A stretch of DNA of 57,991 nt. Origin: a virus. Lineage: Duplodnaviria > Caudoviricetes. The notes under the pieces are model-generated. The model saw only the letters and a program-made list of their open reading frames with translations, did not search any database and was not told where the DNA came from. Each line of letters opens with the position of its first letter. The stretch's first letter is position 1. Shown piece by piece: positions 26,063 through 36,229 of this stretch. Made by a program: the position numbers and the translations under genes. The DNA lies in IMG/VR virus record IMGVR_UViG_3300046780_000140, positions 1 to 57,991 of that record; one strand, written 5' to 3'.

Positions 26063-28312
26063 TCAGAACCCAGTGATAGCGATTACAAACGACGCCGCCG
26101 AGGTCAAGGAAAATGCTCCGGACCCGAGAAGGGACGACCCGACAGGTTGTACCGCGTAAAAGGTCACTAGGAGCGGTCCAGGCGTACCGAACCCAGGAAA
26201 CAACCGTGACGGAGCGGTTAAAGTCACTTGAGTGTCAAGGGTGGAGTTCTGCGCCCACGGTAGCGACTCGTATCCCATCGTAGGAAGGCCCCCCGCTCCC
26301 GCCGTGACATACAGTTGCACATTGTCGACGCTGGGCGCCATAGCGTACCCGATATAGTTCGACATGGACACGAGCAGCACGGACGACGGCAGTGGGGTCG
26401 ATTCGTAAAGGGTATAGATGGTGCTAAATGTCGTCTCCCATTTTTCGCTCACCCCTGGCATCTCTGGGAACGGACCCGCCGTGTACGTCACAGCACCCGG
26501 CGATGCCGCTTCGAACACCCCATATGCAACGCCGCCTGGGGTAGTCGGAATGAAGAGCCCCGAAGATTGATCGTATTTTATTGTCTGCCCATCCGTGATG
26601 CCAGTGATCGCCACCTGCCCGAGATCCGCCAATGCTGGCGGCGGCGGCGGAAGCGACCGCATAAGATTCGCTGACACCGTCGCGTTCTCCTGAATCAGTT
26701 TCAACTGGACCGGAGAAATGGCGTTCGCACCCGGCAGATCCAAGTTGAGTGTCACCGCCAATGTCTCCGTCGCCGGGGTCAACGTCATGGCAACCACCCG
26801 GTACGAACTGTTCTCCTGCACGAACCCGTAGTCGATGACAACCGGAACCACGTCACCTGTCGTCAACACTCCGATCAGGGAACCCGCCAAGTTCTCTTTC
26901 GTGGTCACCGTCAACGATTTCAACGGGTTCTTCAACCGTGCCAGTTCCGTGACCGCCTTCGACTGCAACCCACTGATCGTCGTCTCATACGACGAGTTCA
27001 CCACCGCCCCCAACGTGATCGCCCCGTTGGCGGAATCGTCGGCAGCGAACCCGAACAGGAGGCAGGGGGTGAGAACCGTGCCCAGCACAGGTTCCTGATT
27101 GTTGTTGCCCACCACCGTCACCGCGCTCGCCGTCGACTGGCCGTCCTTGTCCACCTCAAACGACCCGATGTTGCCGCCCATCACCAAAGCCAGTTGCGGT
27201 CGCACCGCCCCCTTCTTGGCGTACACCTGAACCTCGCGGGTCGTCCCCGCAGCGTTCCAAGTGATGTCCACATCGCACAATCCTTCGGACACGATCTGCT
27301 GAAGGAAATCGGACCACACGGTCCCCACCGCCGCCAACGGGACCACGTAAGGGACTTCCACCCCGATGGACCCGGTGGGTGGGTCGATGTTCAAGATCCC
27401 CGGTTTGTGCTGCGTAGCGTCCTCGGCGTACACGATCACCGTGTGCACGATGTCGGTGACATCCGCGAGCGTGTTCACGCCAAGAGTCTCGAAGTTGCGG
27501 GAGGTCACACAATCCCAGTTGATCATCCCGCCAGGCGAGTACAACCGCACCTCGTAGGTTTCGGTGGTGGACGCCGGTGTCGCCAACAGGGGAGCGTAAA
27601 TCCGTACCCACTGGTTCCGGGGTGCCGAGTTGGCGAGCGGGGTCCACACCTCCTCCTGTGTGACACCACCCAGTATCCGCCGCACATACAGGCCGCGTTC
27701 CTTGTACGCCGGCCCGATGTAAGGGGTACCGAATGTCGCCGTCAGGTAGAACGACGCGGCCACCCGGACCTCCACGCCATTCGTTGACGGGGCTATCACC
27801 GTGAACTCGTCGGCCGCCGAGAACTGGTCGAGTCCCTGATCAGCGGACACCAGTTGCAGGGAGTTCACACCCCGGCGAACGATCGTCGTGTCGATCGACT
27901 GGGTGGCACCCGTCGCCGTCCACCCCGTCAACCCTGACTCGAAGTCGCTGTTGGCGACCAAATCCTCGAGGGGTGGCCCGAGGATGATCCGCGAGAAATA
28001 CCAGAACAGGCCCATGCACTCGAAAGTGACGGTGAGAGGATTGGCACGGGAACGGACCACCGGCCCCCAGAAGATGAGGACGGAGGCCGTGCCGTCCATC
28101 GGGTCACGCCAAATCTGGACTTCCCGTTGTGTCTCCAAGTCCCGCAGAATCCCGATCTTCGGATCGGTGGTAGGCATCGTGAACGAGCATCCGCCGAGGC
28201 CGTTCAACTCCCAGGTGACTGACTCGATGACAGCGTTCTCGAACTCCCCGTAAGGCGTCCCGTAGGTGTCTGTGATGACGACGCGGTAGGCGCCGGACTG
28301 TGATCCTGGCAT
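26063..28312 (-). CDS. Minor tail protein (baseplate hub-like) with inserted carbohydrate-binding-like domain
   Basis: Follows Dit; VTWELNGLGGCSFTM, IFWGPV, NSDFESGLTGW, GDVVPVVID..YRVVAM. Confidence 0.8.
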   Translation of the reverse strand: MPGSQSGAYRVVITDTYGTPYGEFENAVIESVTWELNGLGGCSFTMPTTDPKIGILRDLETQREVQIWRDPMDGTASVLIFWGPVVRSRANPLTVTFECMGLFWYFSRIILGPPLEDLVANSDFESGLTGWTATGATQSIDTTIVRRGVNSLQLVSADQGLDQFSAADEFTVIAPSTNGVEVRVAASFYLTATFGTPYIGPAYKERGLYVRRILGGVTQEEVWTPLANSAPRNQWVRIYAPLLATPASTTETYEVRLYSPGGMINWDCVTSRNFETLGVNTLADVTDIVHTVIVYAEDATQHKPGILNIDPPTGSIGVEVPYVVPLAAVGTVWSDFLQQIVSEGLCDVDITWNAAGTTREVQVYAKKGAVRPQLALVMGGNIGSFEVDKDGQSTASAVTVVGNNNQEPVLGTVLTPCLLFGFAADDSANGAITLGAVVNSSYETTISGLQSKAVTELARLKNPLKSLTVTTKENLAGSLIGVLTTGDVVPVVIDYGFVQENSSYRVVAMTLTPATETLAVTLNLDLPGANAISPVQLKLIQENATVSANLMRSLPPPPPALADLGQVAITGITDGQTIKYDQSSGLFIPTTPGGVAYGVFEAASPGAVTYTAGPFPEMPGVSEKWETTFSTIYTLYESTPLPSSVLLVSMSNYIGYAMAPSVDNVQLYVTAGAGGLPTMGYESLPWAQNSTLDTQVTLTAPSRLFPGFGTPGPLLVTFYAVQPVGSSLLGSGAFSLTSAASFVIAITGF

Positions 28313-28316
28313 CAGG

Positions 28317-29090
28317 TCAAATCCACGCTGACCGCCACGCCCAACTAGTCGAACCACCCGAGACTGTGATGTTGTTCACGCCGGGTAGCAGCACCGTCCA
28401 CGTTGTGGACGGGTCCACGACATCAAACCTGTTGGCACCCGATCCGTCAACGACGGTCCGGTTCAACAGGTCCACCACGCATGGACTGGGGATCGAGCCG
28501 ATCATTGATGACGCCAGTACGATCACGTTCCCTGCGTCCGACGTGTTCGTGATCGTCACTGGGTCCGACGAAGGGGTCACCGTTACCACCGGCCTACTCT
28601 CAAAGTTTCCGGTGTTGGTGATGGACCCCGACGATGCAATGACCGTGGTGGTCAACGCGTCGGAGTAAAGGCGCGGGTCACCACAGAACCATTCCAGACT
28701 GATCTTCTGCCACCCCAGGTTGTAAGTGGGTTCCAGAATCGTCGCCCGTTTCCGCGTCCTCGTTTCCACCTGCCGCTGAACCTGGTTTGGCAACTTGTAG
28801 GACATTGGCAGCGAACCGGAGAACAGGGGGACCGTCGCCGTTTCGAGGGGCGCCAGCAGCGTTTCCAGATTCGACGCGGATGTCCCGGTCACGGTCAGGG
28901 TCATAGTAATGATCCGACCCTCCAAAACGTCGATACCGGAAAAGGCTCCGTGGTGACGTAGGCGAGCCCAGTCCGATGTCCGCAGTTCAGGAAGTGCCCG
29001 CAAACCGTCCCAAGTATTGATCTTGTACGGCGTGCCATGCCCACAGGTGACACCCTGATAAAGCCACTGGTAGTCGGCAAGCGTTGTCAC
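28317..29090 (-). CDS. Distal tail protein (Dit-like)
   Basis: Follows TMP; GRIITMTLTV, CGDPRLY, ITNTGNFESRP, LLPGVNNI, WRSAWI. Confidence 0.82.
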   Translation of the reverse strand: MTTLADYQWLYQGVTCGHGTPYKINTWDGLRALPELRTSDWARLRHHGAFSGIDVLEGRIITMTLTVTGTSASNLETLLAPLETATVPLFSGSLPMSYKLPNQVQRQVETRTRKRATILEPTYNLGWQKISLEWFCGDPRLYSDALTTTVIASSGSITNTGNFESRPVVTVTPSSDPVTITNTSDAGNVIVLASSMIGSIPSPCVVDLLNRTVVDGSGANRFDVVDPSTTWTVLLPGVNNITVSGGSTSWAWRSAWI

Positions 29091-31642
29091 TGTTGACCTC
29101 TAGTGGGGACAGGCGGTTGGACGGTCTGCAACTTCCATGCGGTCTGCCGGGCTATCTCCTGCGCTGACGCACCCGTGGTGGCGTACACGGTGATGTTGTA
29201 GACGGGACCGCTCGCACCCCCAGGGGCGACCCCGTGAGGGGTGATGTACCCGGACGTGCCACTTCCGAGTCTCAGATATTCGGCACCCTGTTCGTTCACC
29301 AGATATGTCTGGCCGGAATCCACCGGGCCACCACTGGCTCTGCCGGGTATGGTCCCCGTTGTTGTTGCAGCGGTCTTCCCTGGCGAAGTGTTAACTGGAC
29401 CTGCGGTTGGACCTGCGGCATAGGGATCAGGCAGTCCAGCGGCAATCGCTTTGGCTCTGGCAGAGGCGATAGCAGCCTCTGTTTGGGTGACCAGACCGGC
29501 GATGCCACCGAACACCGCTGGCAAACTCCCACCCAGGTCGTTCAGTGCATTAGAAATCCCCGTAAGATCATTCAGGCTTTGGCCCAATGTCGATTCATAG
29601 CCGGGAAACGCCGCCAGTTTTCCGGCGACATCACCTATGGCTTGGGCGTTCGCTTGCAAACTGGAGGTCAGAGCGTCTGTGGCGTTGCGAAGATTGAATG
29701 CTGAGGTCTGCTGATTATCCTGAGCGTCGTGGACTCCCTGCGTAGCGTCACTGAGAGCCGTCTGAGCGTCCGCTAGTTTCTGAGCAAACTCGGGGTCGCC
29801 GGCTTGTGCTGTTCGCAGATTGTCAGCGGCGGTTCTCTCCGCATCCAGAGCCGAGGCCACATTGTCATGTGCGTCAGCGACTGCCTGCTGCGCCGAGATG
29901 ACGGCCGGGTCGGCCCCCGTTCCCTTCGCCTTCGTGGTGTTCAGGTTGTCTTGCGCCTTAGCCGCGTCGATCTGCGCCTGCGTGACCCCGAACGTGGCCG
30001 TCTGCACCGCCGCTTGTGCTGCCGCCAGTTCCGACGCCGACGCGGCCCCCGACCCTTGCAGCGCGTCCAGTTTCTCCTGAGCCGCCTCCACCGCGGCTTG
30101 TGCCGCCAGCAACTTGTTCGGGCCTTCCGCCACATCCAACTGAGCCTGAGCCAGTTCCTCGGCCGTGGCCCCCGCCGTGGCCTTCTGGAGCGCCTGCTGT
30201 GCCTTGGCCTGCGAATCCACAGCCGACTCGTAAGCCTTCGCCGCGTTCGTGACCTCCTTCTGAGCCGAGGCGACCGCCTTCAGATCGACCGGCCCATCCT
30301 TCTCCAGTTTGCTGAGTGCTTCCTGCGCCTTCGTCTGCGTCAGCAACGCTTGGTTGTAGGAGCGGTTGGCGGCATCGTTCGACTTGACAGCATCGAACTC
30401 TTTGGTGACCGCGGCTGTAAGACTCTCAACGGATTTGGTGTGCTCATCGGCCTTGATTTGCGCCGCCGTGTCCGCCGCCGATTTAGCCGAGGTCGCTCGC
30501 ACAACCTCATTGAGTCCGAGCGTGAGAATGTCCAACGTCTCGCGTGAGCCGAACTTTCCGAGAGGCGTACTCGACGCCTTCGTGACCAAATCCACCAGTT
30601 TGGAAACACTTGAAACTGCTGCCTCAAGATCAGGGATGATCCCCTTGGACAAAGAAAGTTCCAGCCCTTGAAAGGATAGGGCCATCTCAGCCGACGCCAC
30701 TTTAAGGCTGTATCCATGATCTACGTCAGACTGAGACAGGAACTCGCCGCGAGCCTTCGTCGCCGCGTTGAGTTTGTTTTGTGCCTCCACCGTAAGATTC
30801 AACAAGGGGAGCAGGGCGGCACCACCGCGAGATGCCGCGGCCTTCGCTATGGCGTCCTTTGTCGCAGCGTCAGCGGACGCGTTGTAAGCGTTCCGCACAT
30901 TCTCGAACGTCTGGACGACATCAACGTTGCCGTCCTTCGTGCGCGCAACCTGCACGTTGTACTGACCGAGTTTCGTTGTCCCGTCACCGAGCGATGACCC
31001 CAACCGGAACATCGCCTTGTCAGCAAGATCGGTGTCGATCCCGAGAGTGTTCAACTGGCCGATCAGTAGGGATGCTTGACCAGCGCTGGCGCCAGTCGCC
31101 AACTGGAACTTACGAACCTGATCCGTCAAGTTCTCAAAGTTGGTGACCCCATCTTTCAGGGTCTTCAATCCGCTGAGAAGCAAGATCGCCGGGCCGACCG
31201 TGCTGGCTATGCCGGCGAACGCCTCACCGGCACTCGCACCGCTGATCCCCAGTTTGGCGAGCAGCGGATCGGCACCACCGGCAGCGGTCCCCAAACCTTG
31301 CGTGGCAGCGGCAGCGTTCGCCTCCGACACCGCCAACTGATCCGACGCCGCCCTGGACGCCAACTTCGACACTTTCGCCTTATCGGTGGCATCCGACAGC
31401 GCCAACGCCTCGGCACTCCCCGCCCCACCACCGCCCGACTGCTTGGCGTTCTCCAATGCCAAAGCGGCTGCCGACTTCGCCGCCTGATCCGTGACCGCCG
31501 CTTGCTTGGCGATGGCGACAGCCGCCTTATCGGCCGCGACCGCCTCAGTCTCAAACGATTTGGCGACCTTCGTGACATCGGACACCACTTGGGCGACACC
31601 AGGGACACCGATGAGAACGGACAGGCGTTGAACTATGTCCAC
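29087..31642 (-). CDS. Tape measure protein
   Basis: Long Ala-rich helical protein, C-terminal GRASGGPV..YLVNEQGAE; position. Confidence 0.88.
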   Translation of the reverse strand: MDIVQRLSVLIGVPGVAQVVSDVTKVAKSFETEAVAADKAAVAIAKQAAVTDQAAKSAAALALENAKQSGGGGAGSAEALALSDATDKAKVSKLASRAASDQLAVSEANAAAATQGLGTAAGGADPLLAKLGISGASAGEAFAGIASTVGPAILLLSGLKTLKDGVTNFENLTDQVRKFQLATGASAGQASLLIGQLNTLGIDTDLADKAMFRLGSSLGDGTTKLGQYNVQVARTKDGNVDVVQTFENVRNAYNASADAATKDAIAKAAASRGGAALLPLLNLTVEAQNKLNAATKARGEFLSQSDVDHGYSLKVASAEMALSFQGLELSLSKGIIPDLEAAVSSVSKLVDLVTKASSTPLGKFGSRETLDILTLGLNEVVRATSAKSAADTAAQIKADEHTKSVESLTAAVTKEFDAVKSNDAANRSYNQALLTQTKAQEALSKLEKDGPVDLKAVASAQKEVTNAAKAYESAVDSQAKAQQALQKATAGATAEELAQAQLDVAEGPNKLLAAQAAVEAAQEKLDALQGSGAASASELAAAQAAVQTATFGVTQAQIDAAKAQDNLNTTKAKGTGADPAVISAQQAVADAHDNVASALDAERTAADNLRTAQAGDPEFAQKLADAQTALSDATQGVHDAQDNQQTSAFNLRNATDALTSSLQANAQAIGDVAGKLAAFPGYESTLGQSLNDLTGISNALNDLGGSLPAVFGGIAGLVTQTEAAIASARAKAIAAGLPDPYAAGPTAGPVNTSPGKTAATTTGTIPGRASGGPVDSGQTYLVNEQGAEYLRLGSGTSGYITPHGVAPGGASGPVYNITVYATTGASAQEIARQTAWKLQTVQPPVPTRGQQ

Positions 31643-31896
31643 GGGTCCACCTGACGGACACTGAAGCCGCCACAATCCTCGCAGACCGTCACGTCATGTG
31701 CTGAGTGGACTGTGAGGCCCGACACGACACACAGTCGCTGACACGCCGCAGACGGGACGGCGCAGCGGGGGCACCACAACCCGTGGACGGGCGCGCCGAA
31801 ACGCACCAGTTCCAAGACTGGCATCACGAACCGCCACACTTCGGAACCCTGCTCACTCAAGGGAACCCAACCGCTAGGAATCACTCAGACGGCTCC

Positions 31897-32028
31897 CTAC
31901 TCTTGTGCTTCAAGAAGAAGTTGCAGGTCCCGAAGGCTCTGCTTCCGAGTGATACTCGGAGGCCAGTTGTACGGGGGTCGGGCGAACGCTATGACGTAGG
32001 GGTCCCAGGTTCGCCCACCGGAGAAGGG
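31897..32028 (-). CDS. Tail assembly chaperone frameshift extension (gpT-like), -1 frame
   Basis: -1 frame reads ...WDPYVIAFARPPYNWPPSITRKQSLRDLQLLLEAQE*; no separate start seen. Confidence 0.65.
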   Translation of the reverse strand, partial: PFSGGRTWDPYVIAFARPPYNWPPSITRKQSLRDLQLLLEAQE

Positions 32029-32306
32029 ATGCCGTCCTCATACATGTCCGGCATGTCATCCTCTTCCAAGGTCCACATCTTCTCGACCTCGGTGAGAGTG
32101 ATCTTGGCGACCAGCGCCTTCGCCACCTCGTCCTTGTGGTCACGCATGAGGAAGCAGGTCATGTAGGCGACCTTGTGACCCATGTTCGCCAACGGGTTCA
32201 GGAAAACGTAGGCGACGTTGGTGGCGGCCTCAACGGCCTCGACCTCCTTTAGGGTCATGTCACCCAGCCGGTACTTCTTCCCCTCGTAGGTGAAAACGCC
32301 GCGCAT
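31989..32306 (-). CDS. Tail assembly chaperone (gpG-like)
   Basis: Between major tail and TMP; MTLKEVEAVEAAT. Confidence 0.7.
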   Translation of the reverse strand: MRGVFTYEGKKYRLGDMTLKEVEAVEAATNVAYVFLNPLANMGHKVAYMTCFLMRDHKDEVAKALVAKITLTEVEKMWTLEEDDMPDMYEDGIPSPVGEPGTPTS

Positions 32307-32702
32307 TTACTTGACCTGCGTGATGGTTCCGGCAGCGGTGATCGTGCCAGAGATGGCCCCGGCCTCGGTGACGCCACCGGACTGCGACTGCGAGAAGAAC
32401 GCCAGACCGTAGAAGTACGGCTTCGGCAGTTTCGCATACAGGTAGAACCCGCGTGCGACACCATCGGATGCTGCCGCGTACAGGTCTGCCGCGGTGTCGT
32501 CCATGAACCCGGTGTAGGTGCCCTTGGCGTCCGGGAGGCCGACCACGTACGTCTTGTTGACATCGCCAAGGGCGGTCACGTCAACGATGTCGGTGGTACG
32601 GTCCAGACTCCATTTGGAGATGTTGACCACCGGAACGGGTGCTGAACCCAAACCGGGGACATCGACGTAGATCGACCCAAACCTACCGTGAAAACGGGGC
32701 AT
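32307..32702 (-). CDS. Major tail (tube) protein
   Basis: WSLDRTTDIVDVTALGD..KTYVVGLPDAKGT. Confidence 0.85.
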   Translation of the reverse strand: MPRFHGRFGSIYVDVPGLGSAPVPVVNISKWSLDRTTDIVDVTALGDVNKTYVVGLPDAKGTYTGFMDDTAADLYAAASDGVARGFYLYAKLPKPYFYGLAFFSQSQSGGVTEAGAISGTITAAGTITQVK

Positions 32703-32784
32703 GTACCCATTCCTTCCGTGAAATGTTTACACCGATCCGTGAGGATCACGGGCGGTCTTATGCTACTACCTCGATTCCCGAGAA

Positions 32785-33825
32785 TCAGGGACGCAAGGGA
32801 TTCAGCGCACCCAGCATTTGCAGGAGTGCTTGAGCGTTGGCCTCAAAGGTCCGGTCGATGACCGCCTCACGGGCCTTGTCGGCCAGCGCCGAGCGGGCGT
32901 CCGGTCGCGCCAGGTACCAGCGCAGTTTGTCCTCGAACTCGGCGGGACCGTCGAACCGGGGGAGCATCCAGAGAACCGTGTCGCCTTCGCCCCTCGACTC
33001 CCGCAGAAAGAACAGGCCCGTTGCCGACATCTCGACTTCACGCGGGCCCATCGACCATCCTTCCGACAACCCGTCCCGTTCCCCTTCGCGGCGGTACAGG
33101 TTGGCCCCCACTTTCGCTGAGCGGTACGCGTCCACCGTCTCCCGGTTGTCCATGCATGCCTCCAGCGCGTGACCGACGAACGGGTGCAGGCAGGAGCCGG
33201 GGGTCAACGTCTGCCACATGCCGCCCAGCGCCACGTCGATGCCTGACCAGTCGACGGCCTCGAGGAACGTGACCCGACTCGGGAACCCGGTGCCGACGAA
33301 ACAGAAATCGGATGCCATGCTCGCCACCGCGGGGCCGGGTGTGTGCAACGTGGGGCGGTAGGCATGCGGCATGTAGACGGACGGGCCGACCGCCTTGAAC
33401 GTGTCGAGATGGGTGGGGTCGTTGAGCAGGTTCAGGTCGGCGTGGGCAGCTCGCACCAGTTCCCGGTCCATCTCATACGGTTCCTCGGTGTGGACGAGAA
33501 CCACTTTGATCCCCCGTGCCCGAACGAGGTCGAGCAGGTCGAGGGGAATGTAGAAGCAGGACACGACCATGAGCACATCCGGCCACATCTCGAAGCAGGC
33601 GGCTTCGATCCCTTTGGCGGCCAGGCGGATGGCGCCCATCTCATCCAGCATTTCCACGAACTCGCCGCCTTTGGACATTCGGCCGGCGGATGCGTAGAAG
33701 GCCATGCGGTCGTCAAGGTTGAAGGACGCGACTTCGACGCCAAGGGTTCGGAAGGCTTCCCGCCACCCGTTGTAAACGTCGGCCACCGAGAAGGCAGCAC
33801 CAGGGTGGACTATGAGGATCCGCAA
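32785..33825 (-). CDS. Glycosyltransferase, CgeB-like (GT-B)
   Basis: MRILIVHPG, DFCFVGT..SRV, YRSAKVGANL, GPREVEM. Confidence 0.85.
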   Translation of the reverse strand: MRILIVHPGAAFSVADVYNGWREAFRTLGVEVASFNLDDRMAFYASAGRMSKGGEFVEMLDEMGAIRLAAKGIEAACFEMWPDVLMVVSCFYIPLDLLDLVRARGIKVVLVHTEEPYEMDRELVRAAHADLNLLNDPTHLDTFKAVGPSVYMPHAYRPTLHTPGPAVASMASDFCFVGTGFPSRVTFLEAVDWSGIDVALGGMWQTLTPGSCLHPFVGHALEACMDNRETVDAYRSAKVGANLYRREGERDGLSEGWSMGPREVEMSATGLFFLRESRGEGDTVLWMLPRFDGPAEFEDKLRWYLARPDARSALADKAREAVIDRTFEANAQALLQMLGALNPLRP

Positions 33826-33828
33826 GGA

Positions 33829-34311
33829 TCAGGCAGACACCGGACGGAATGGTCTGATCTCGCGCTTGACCCACTCGACACTGAGATCGCCTGTCTCAAC
33901 CACGCAGCATGGGGCAGCGTTCAGAACCCCTGGATGGTTGCACAGATGCCTAGAACCATTCCTGACTCCCCACACCCACGCCTTTCCAGCGTCCAAGTCA
34001 ACAGCGAAACAGTGGGTTAGTTCGACACCATCCTTGAGAACGGCGACCCTGCGGTAAAAGGGGAAATCAATCGTGGGTCCACAAACAGCCGACTTGGTGT
34101 TGTGAAAACCCGGTCGATGACCACTGATAGGTGGCTCCAATGTCGGGTCACACAATCGACAGGCGCATCTATGACCACGACCAGCGCCGTTCACCAGGTA
34201 GACCTTGATCTCGTCGTCAAAGGCAGTTACTTCGGCAACCCGATCCCAATCGGTGGGGTCACAATCACAGCAACTGCAATCTTCGACGTGGCCTTCAGTC
34301 TGCTCAGACAT
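33829..34311 (-). CDS. Cys-rich hypothetical protein (paralog A)
   Basis: CACRLCDP...VLKDGV...VDLDAGKAW...HLC. Confidence 0.65.
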   Translation of the reverse strand: MSEQTEGHVEDCSCCDCDPTDWDRVAEVTAFDDEIKVYLVNGAGRGHRCACRLCDPTLEPPISGHRPGFHNTKSAVCGPTIDFPFYRRVAVLKDGVELTHCFAVDLDAGKAWVWGVRNGSRHLCNHPGVLNAAPCCVVETGDLSVEWVKREIRPFRPVSA

Positions 34312-34636
34312 GGACCGACTCCGATTTGCGTTTGACGGTGAAGACTCCGGCGTCGAGGTATGAGCACACGCCGACATTCGATCGCTGGTCACCGTTCTCG
34401 TCTATCGTCGGCTCTTGGCGGCAACAGATGTGTCTCGGGTCGCCATGATAGCGCCAAGCAATCCCCGCCTTCGTGTCCACCTCATATACCAAGGAGACAG
34501 GAACGCCGTCCTTGAGGACCGTGTGGCCGTGATCCCCGAAACGGGCGCCGTAGTGGAACTCGTTGCGGCGGGTGTCACCTGGGGGCAGCACCAGCGCCGG
34601 GGTGCAGAGTCGGCAGGCGCAAAAATGGGCGGTCAC
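34304..34636 (-). CDS. Cys-rich hypothetical protein (paralog B)
   Basis: CACRLCTP...VLKDGV...VDTKAGIAW...HIC. Confidence 0.65.
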   Translation of the reverse strand: MTAHFCACRLCTPALVLPPGDTRRNEFHYGARFGDHGHTVLKDGVPVSLVYEVDTKAGIAWRYHGDPRHICCRQEPTIDENGDQRSNVGVCSYLDAGVFTVKRKSESVHV

Positions 34637-35109
34637 AGGAACTGCTTCACGAACTGGTTGCCGATGGACTCGTTCATAATCGCCTCCATTTTCGGGGTCG
34701 CCGCCAGCAGCGCCTTCTCCCACATGAACTTACCTGTCGTCCCCGGATGCTTCACAGCCTCAGCGAACGCCAGCCCGCTGCTACTGCGTCGGTGCGTGGC
34801 GCTTGTGTTGGCCGTGTCAGGGAACACCAGGAACGCCGCGTTCTTCGGGACGATCTCATGGCCCTTCGTGTCGTGGTCGAGCAGGTGCGCCTTGCGGGAC
34901 ACCATTTTCACTTCCGCCCCGATCGGCAGTAGCAGGAGGGTCTTGGTTTTGACGATCCGTTTCCCCGCGTACTTGCCGGACGACACCGACACCGCCACTT
35001 CCATCAGCGCCGCCGCTTTCACGACACCCTGCTGCGCCGCCTTCGGGAGCCCGTCCGCCGCCGCTTTCAGTTTCCGGGCCACGTCGTACCCGGTGACAGC
35101 AAGACTCAT
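34633..35109 (-). CDS. HK97 gp10-like neck or tail completion protein
   Basis: TKGHEIVPKN..LVF, VKHPGTTGKFM; position. Confidence 0.75.
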   Translation of the reverse strand: MSLAVTGYDVARKLKAAADGLPKAAQQGVVKAAALMEVAVSVSSGKYAGKRIVKTKTLLLLPIGAEVKMVSRKAHLLDHDTKGHEIVPKNAAFLVFPDTANTSATHRRSSSGLAFAEAVKHPGTTGKFMWEKALLAATPKMEAIMNESIGNQFVKQFL

Positions 35110-35492
35110 CCCACCAACATCCGGCCGTAGAAGGTCACCGACCCGTACGACACCGTTCCGTAGTCGATCATCGACACCGGTTCCGCCCGGTCGACTTGTG
35201 TTTGCAGGTCACTGGCCTCCACGGCATCCGATATCGACTCGGCGTTCCCTGTGGACAGGTACAGGTCGAGAGCGTTCTGCATGGACGGCCAATCCGACAT
35301 TTGGACGAGAATCTGGATCGTGAAATTCACTTCCGCCGACCCGAGGGTGAGCGTGTCCTGGTAGTTGATGGTGCCGATGCGGACAATGGCGCACGGCACG
35401 ATCGGTTTCGCCGGCACCGTCCCGAAGGCGGTCAGACCGACGATGTTCTCCAACCGTTCCTGCAACTCCTGTCGGAGCGCGGTGACATCCAC
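35106..35492 (-). CDS. Tail terminator-like protein
   Basis: Position and size; QNALDLYLS.G..SISDAVE. Confidence 0.7.
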   Translation of the reverse strand: MDVTALRQELQERLENIVGLTAFGTVPAKPIVPCAIVRIGTINYQDTLTLGSAEVNFTIQILVQMSDWPSMQNALDLYLSTGNAESISDAVEASDLQTQVDRAEPVSMIDYGTVSYGSVTFYGRMLVG

Positions 35493-35493
35493 G

Positions 35494-36153
35494 TCAACCG
35501 ACCAGGATCGACATGTACATGTAGGGGGTCAGGAGAAGCATGGCGTCACTGTCCTCACCGCGTGACAACTTCACGGCACCGAACTCCCCGAACCCGGCGA
35601 TACCTTGCACCGAGTCTTTGCGGTGGAAGATGCGTGCCGCTTTCAGTTTGGTGGCGGTTATCACATCCTCGGGGATCTCCGGCCACCCCCACAGTGCGGT
35701 CACCTGCACCCGGTTCAGGTGGGTGAGCCAGGTGTTCACCAACCACGGGAAGGTCTTGGTCCCCACCGCCCGCAGTTTCGTCCACGGCCTCGGCTCCGCA
35801 TACGCGTAGGGGGCGTTGACAGGGAGCGGCTGGAAATCGGTTGTGGACCACACCGTTTCGTAGGTTCCGTCACCGGACGTGTCGCACGCCACCGTCAGGC
35901 CGGTGAGGCTCCCGATGTCACCACCCGGTCCGTCGCACCACAGGTCGAGCATGAGTAGGTCGTAGGGCTGGAATGTACGGGCCGTGAGCACCGTGTCCAA
36001 CCAGAACCGACGTTGACAGTAGTTGTCCACGGAACGGGACGCGGCGGCGATGGCGGCCGTGACCTTGGCGTCGTTGTCAGTGTTGTCGGCGGGGATCCCC
36101 AACCAGGCTTTCATGGTGTTCAGGTCCGTGTAAGTGGTGACGGGACTTGGCAT
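35494..36153 (-). CDS. Head-to-tail adaptor (gp6/gp15-like)
   Basis: YTDLNTMKAWLGI, AASRSVDNYCQRRF, VQVTALWGWPEIPEDV. Confidence 0.85.
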   Translation of the reverse strand: MPSPVTTYTDLNTMKAWLGIPADNTDNDAKVTAAIAAASRSVDNYCQRRFWLDTVLTARTFQPYDLLMLDLWCDGPGGDIGSLTGLTVACDTSGDGTYETVWSTTDFQPLPVNAPYAYAEPRPWTKLRAVGTKTFPWLVNTWLTHLNRVQVTALWGWPEIPEDVITATKLKAARIFHRKDSVQGIAGFGEFGAVKLSRGEDSDAMLLLTPYMYMSILVG

Positions 36154-36229
36154 CTACTGGATCACCACCTTAGGGTTCGGGAGGGCATGACTATTATCAT
36201 CACAACAAGATGATCCTACGTCAGGCATC

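Noticed and set aside
24687-28357. Diversity-generating retroelement acting on tail genes
   Set aside because: No reverse transcriptase and no template/variable repeat pair seen
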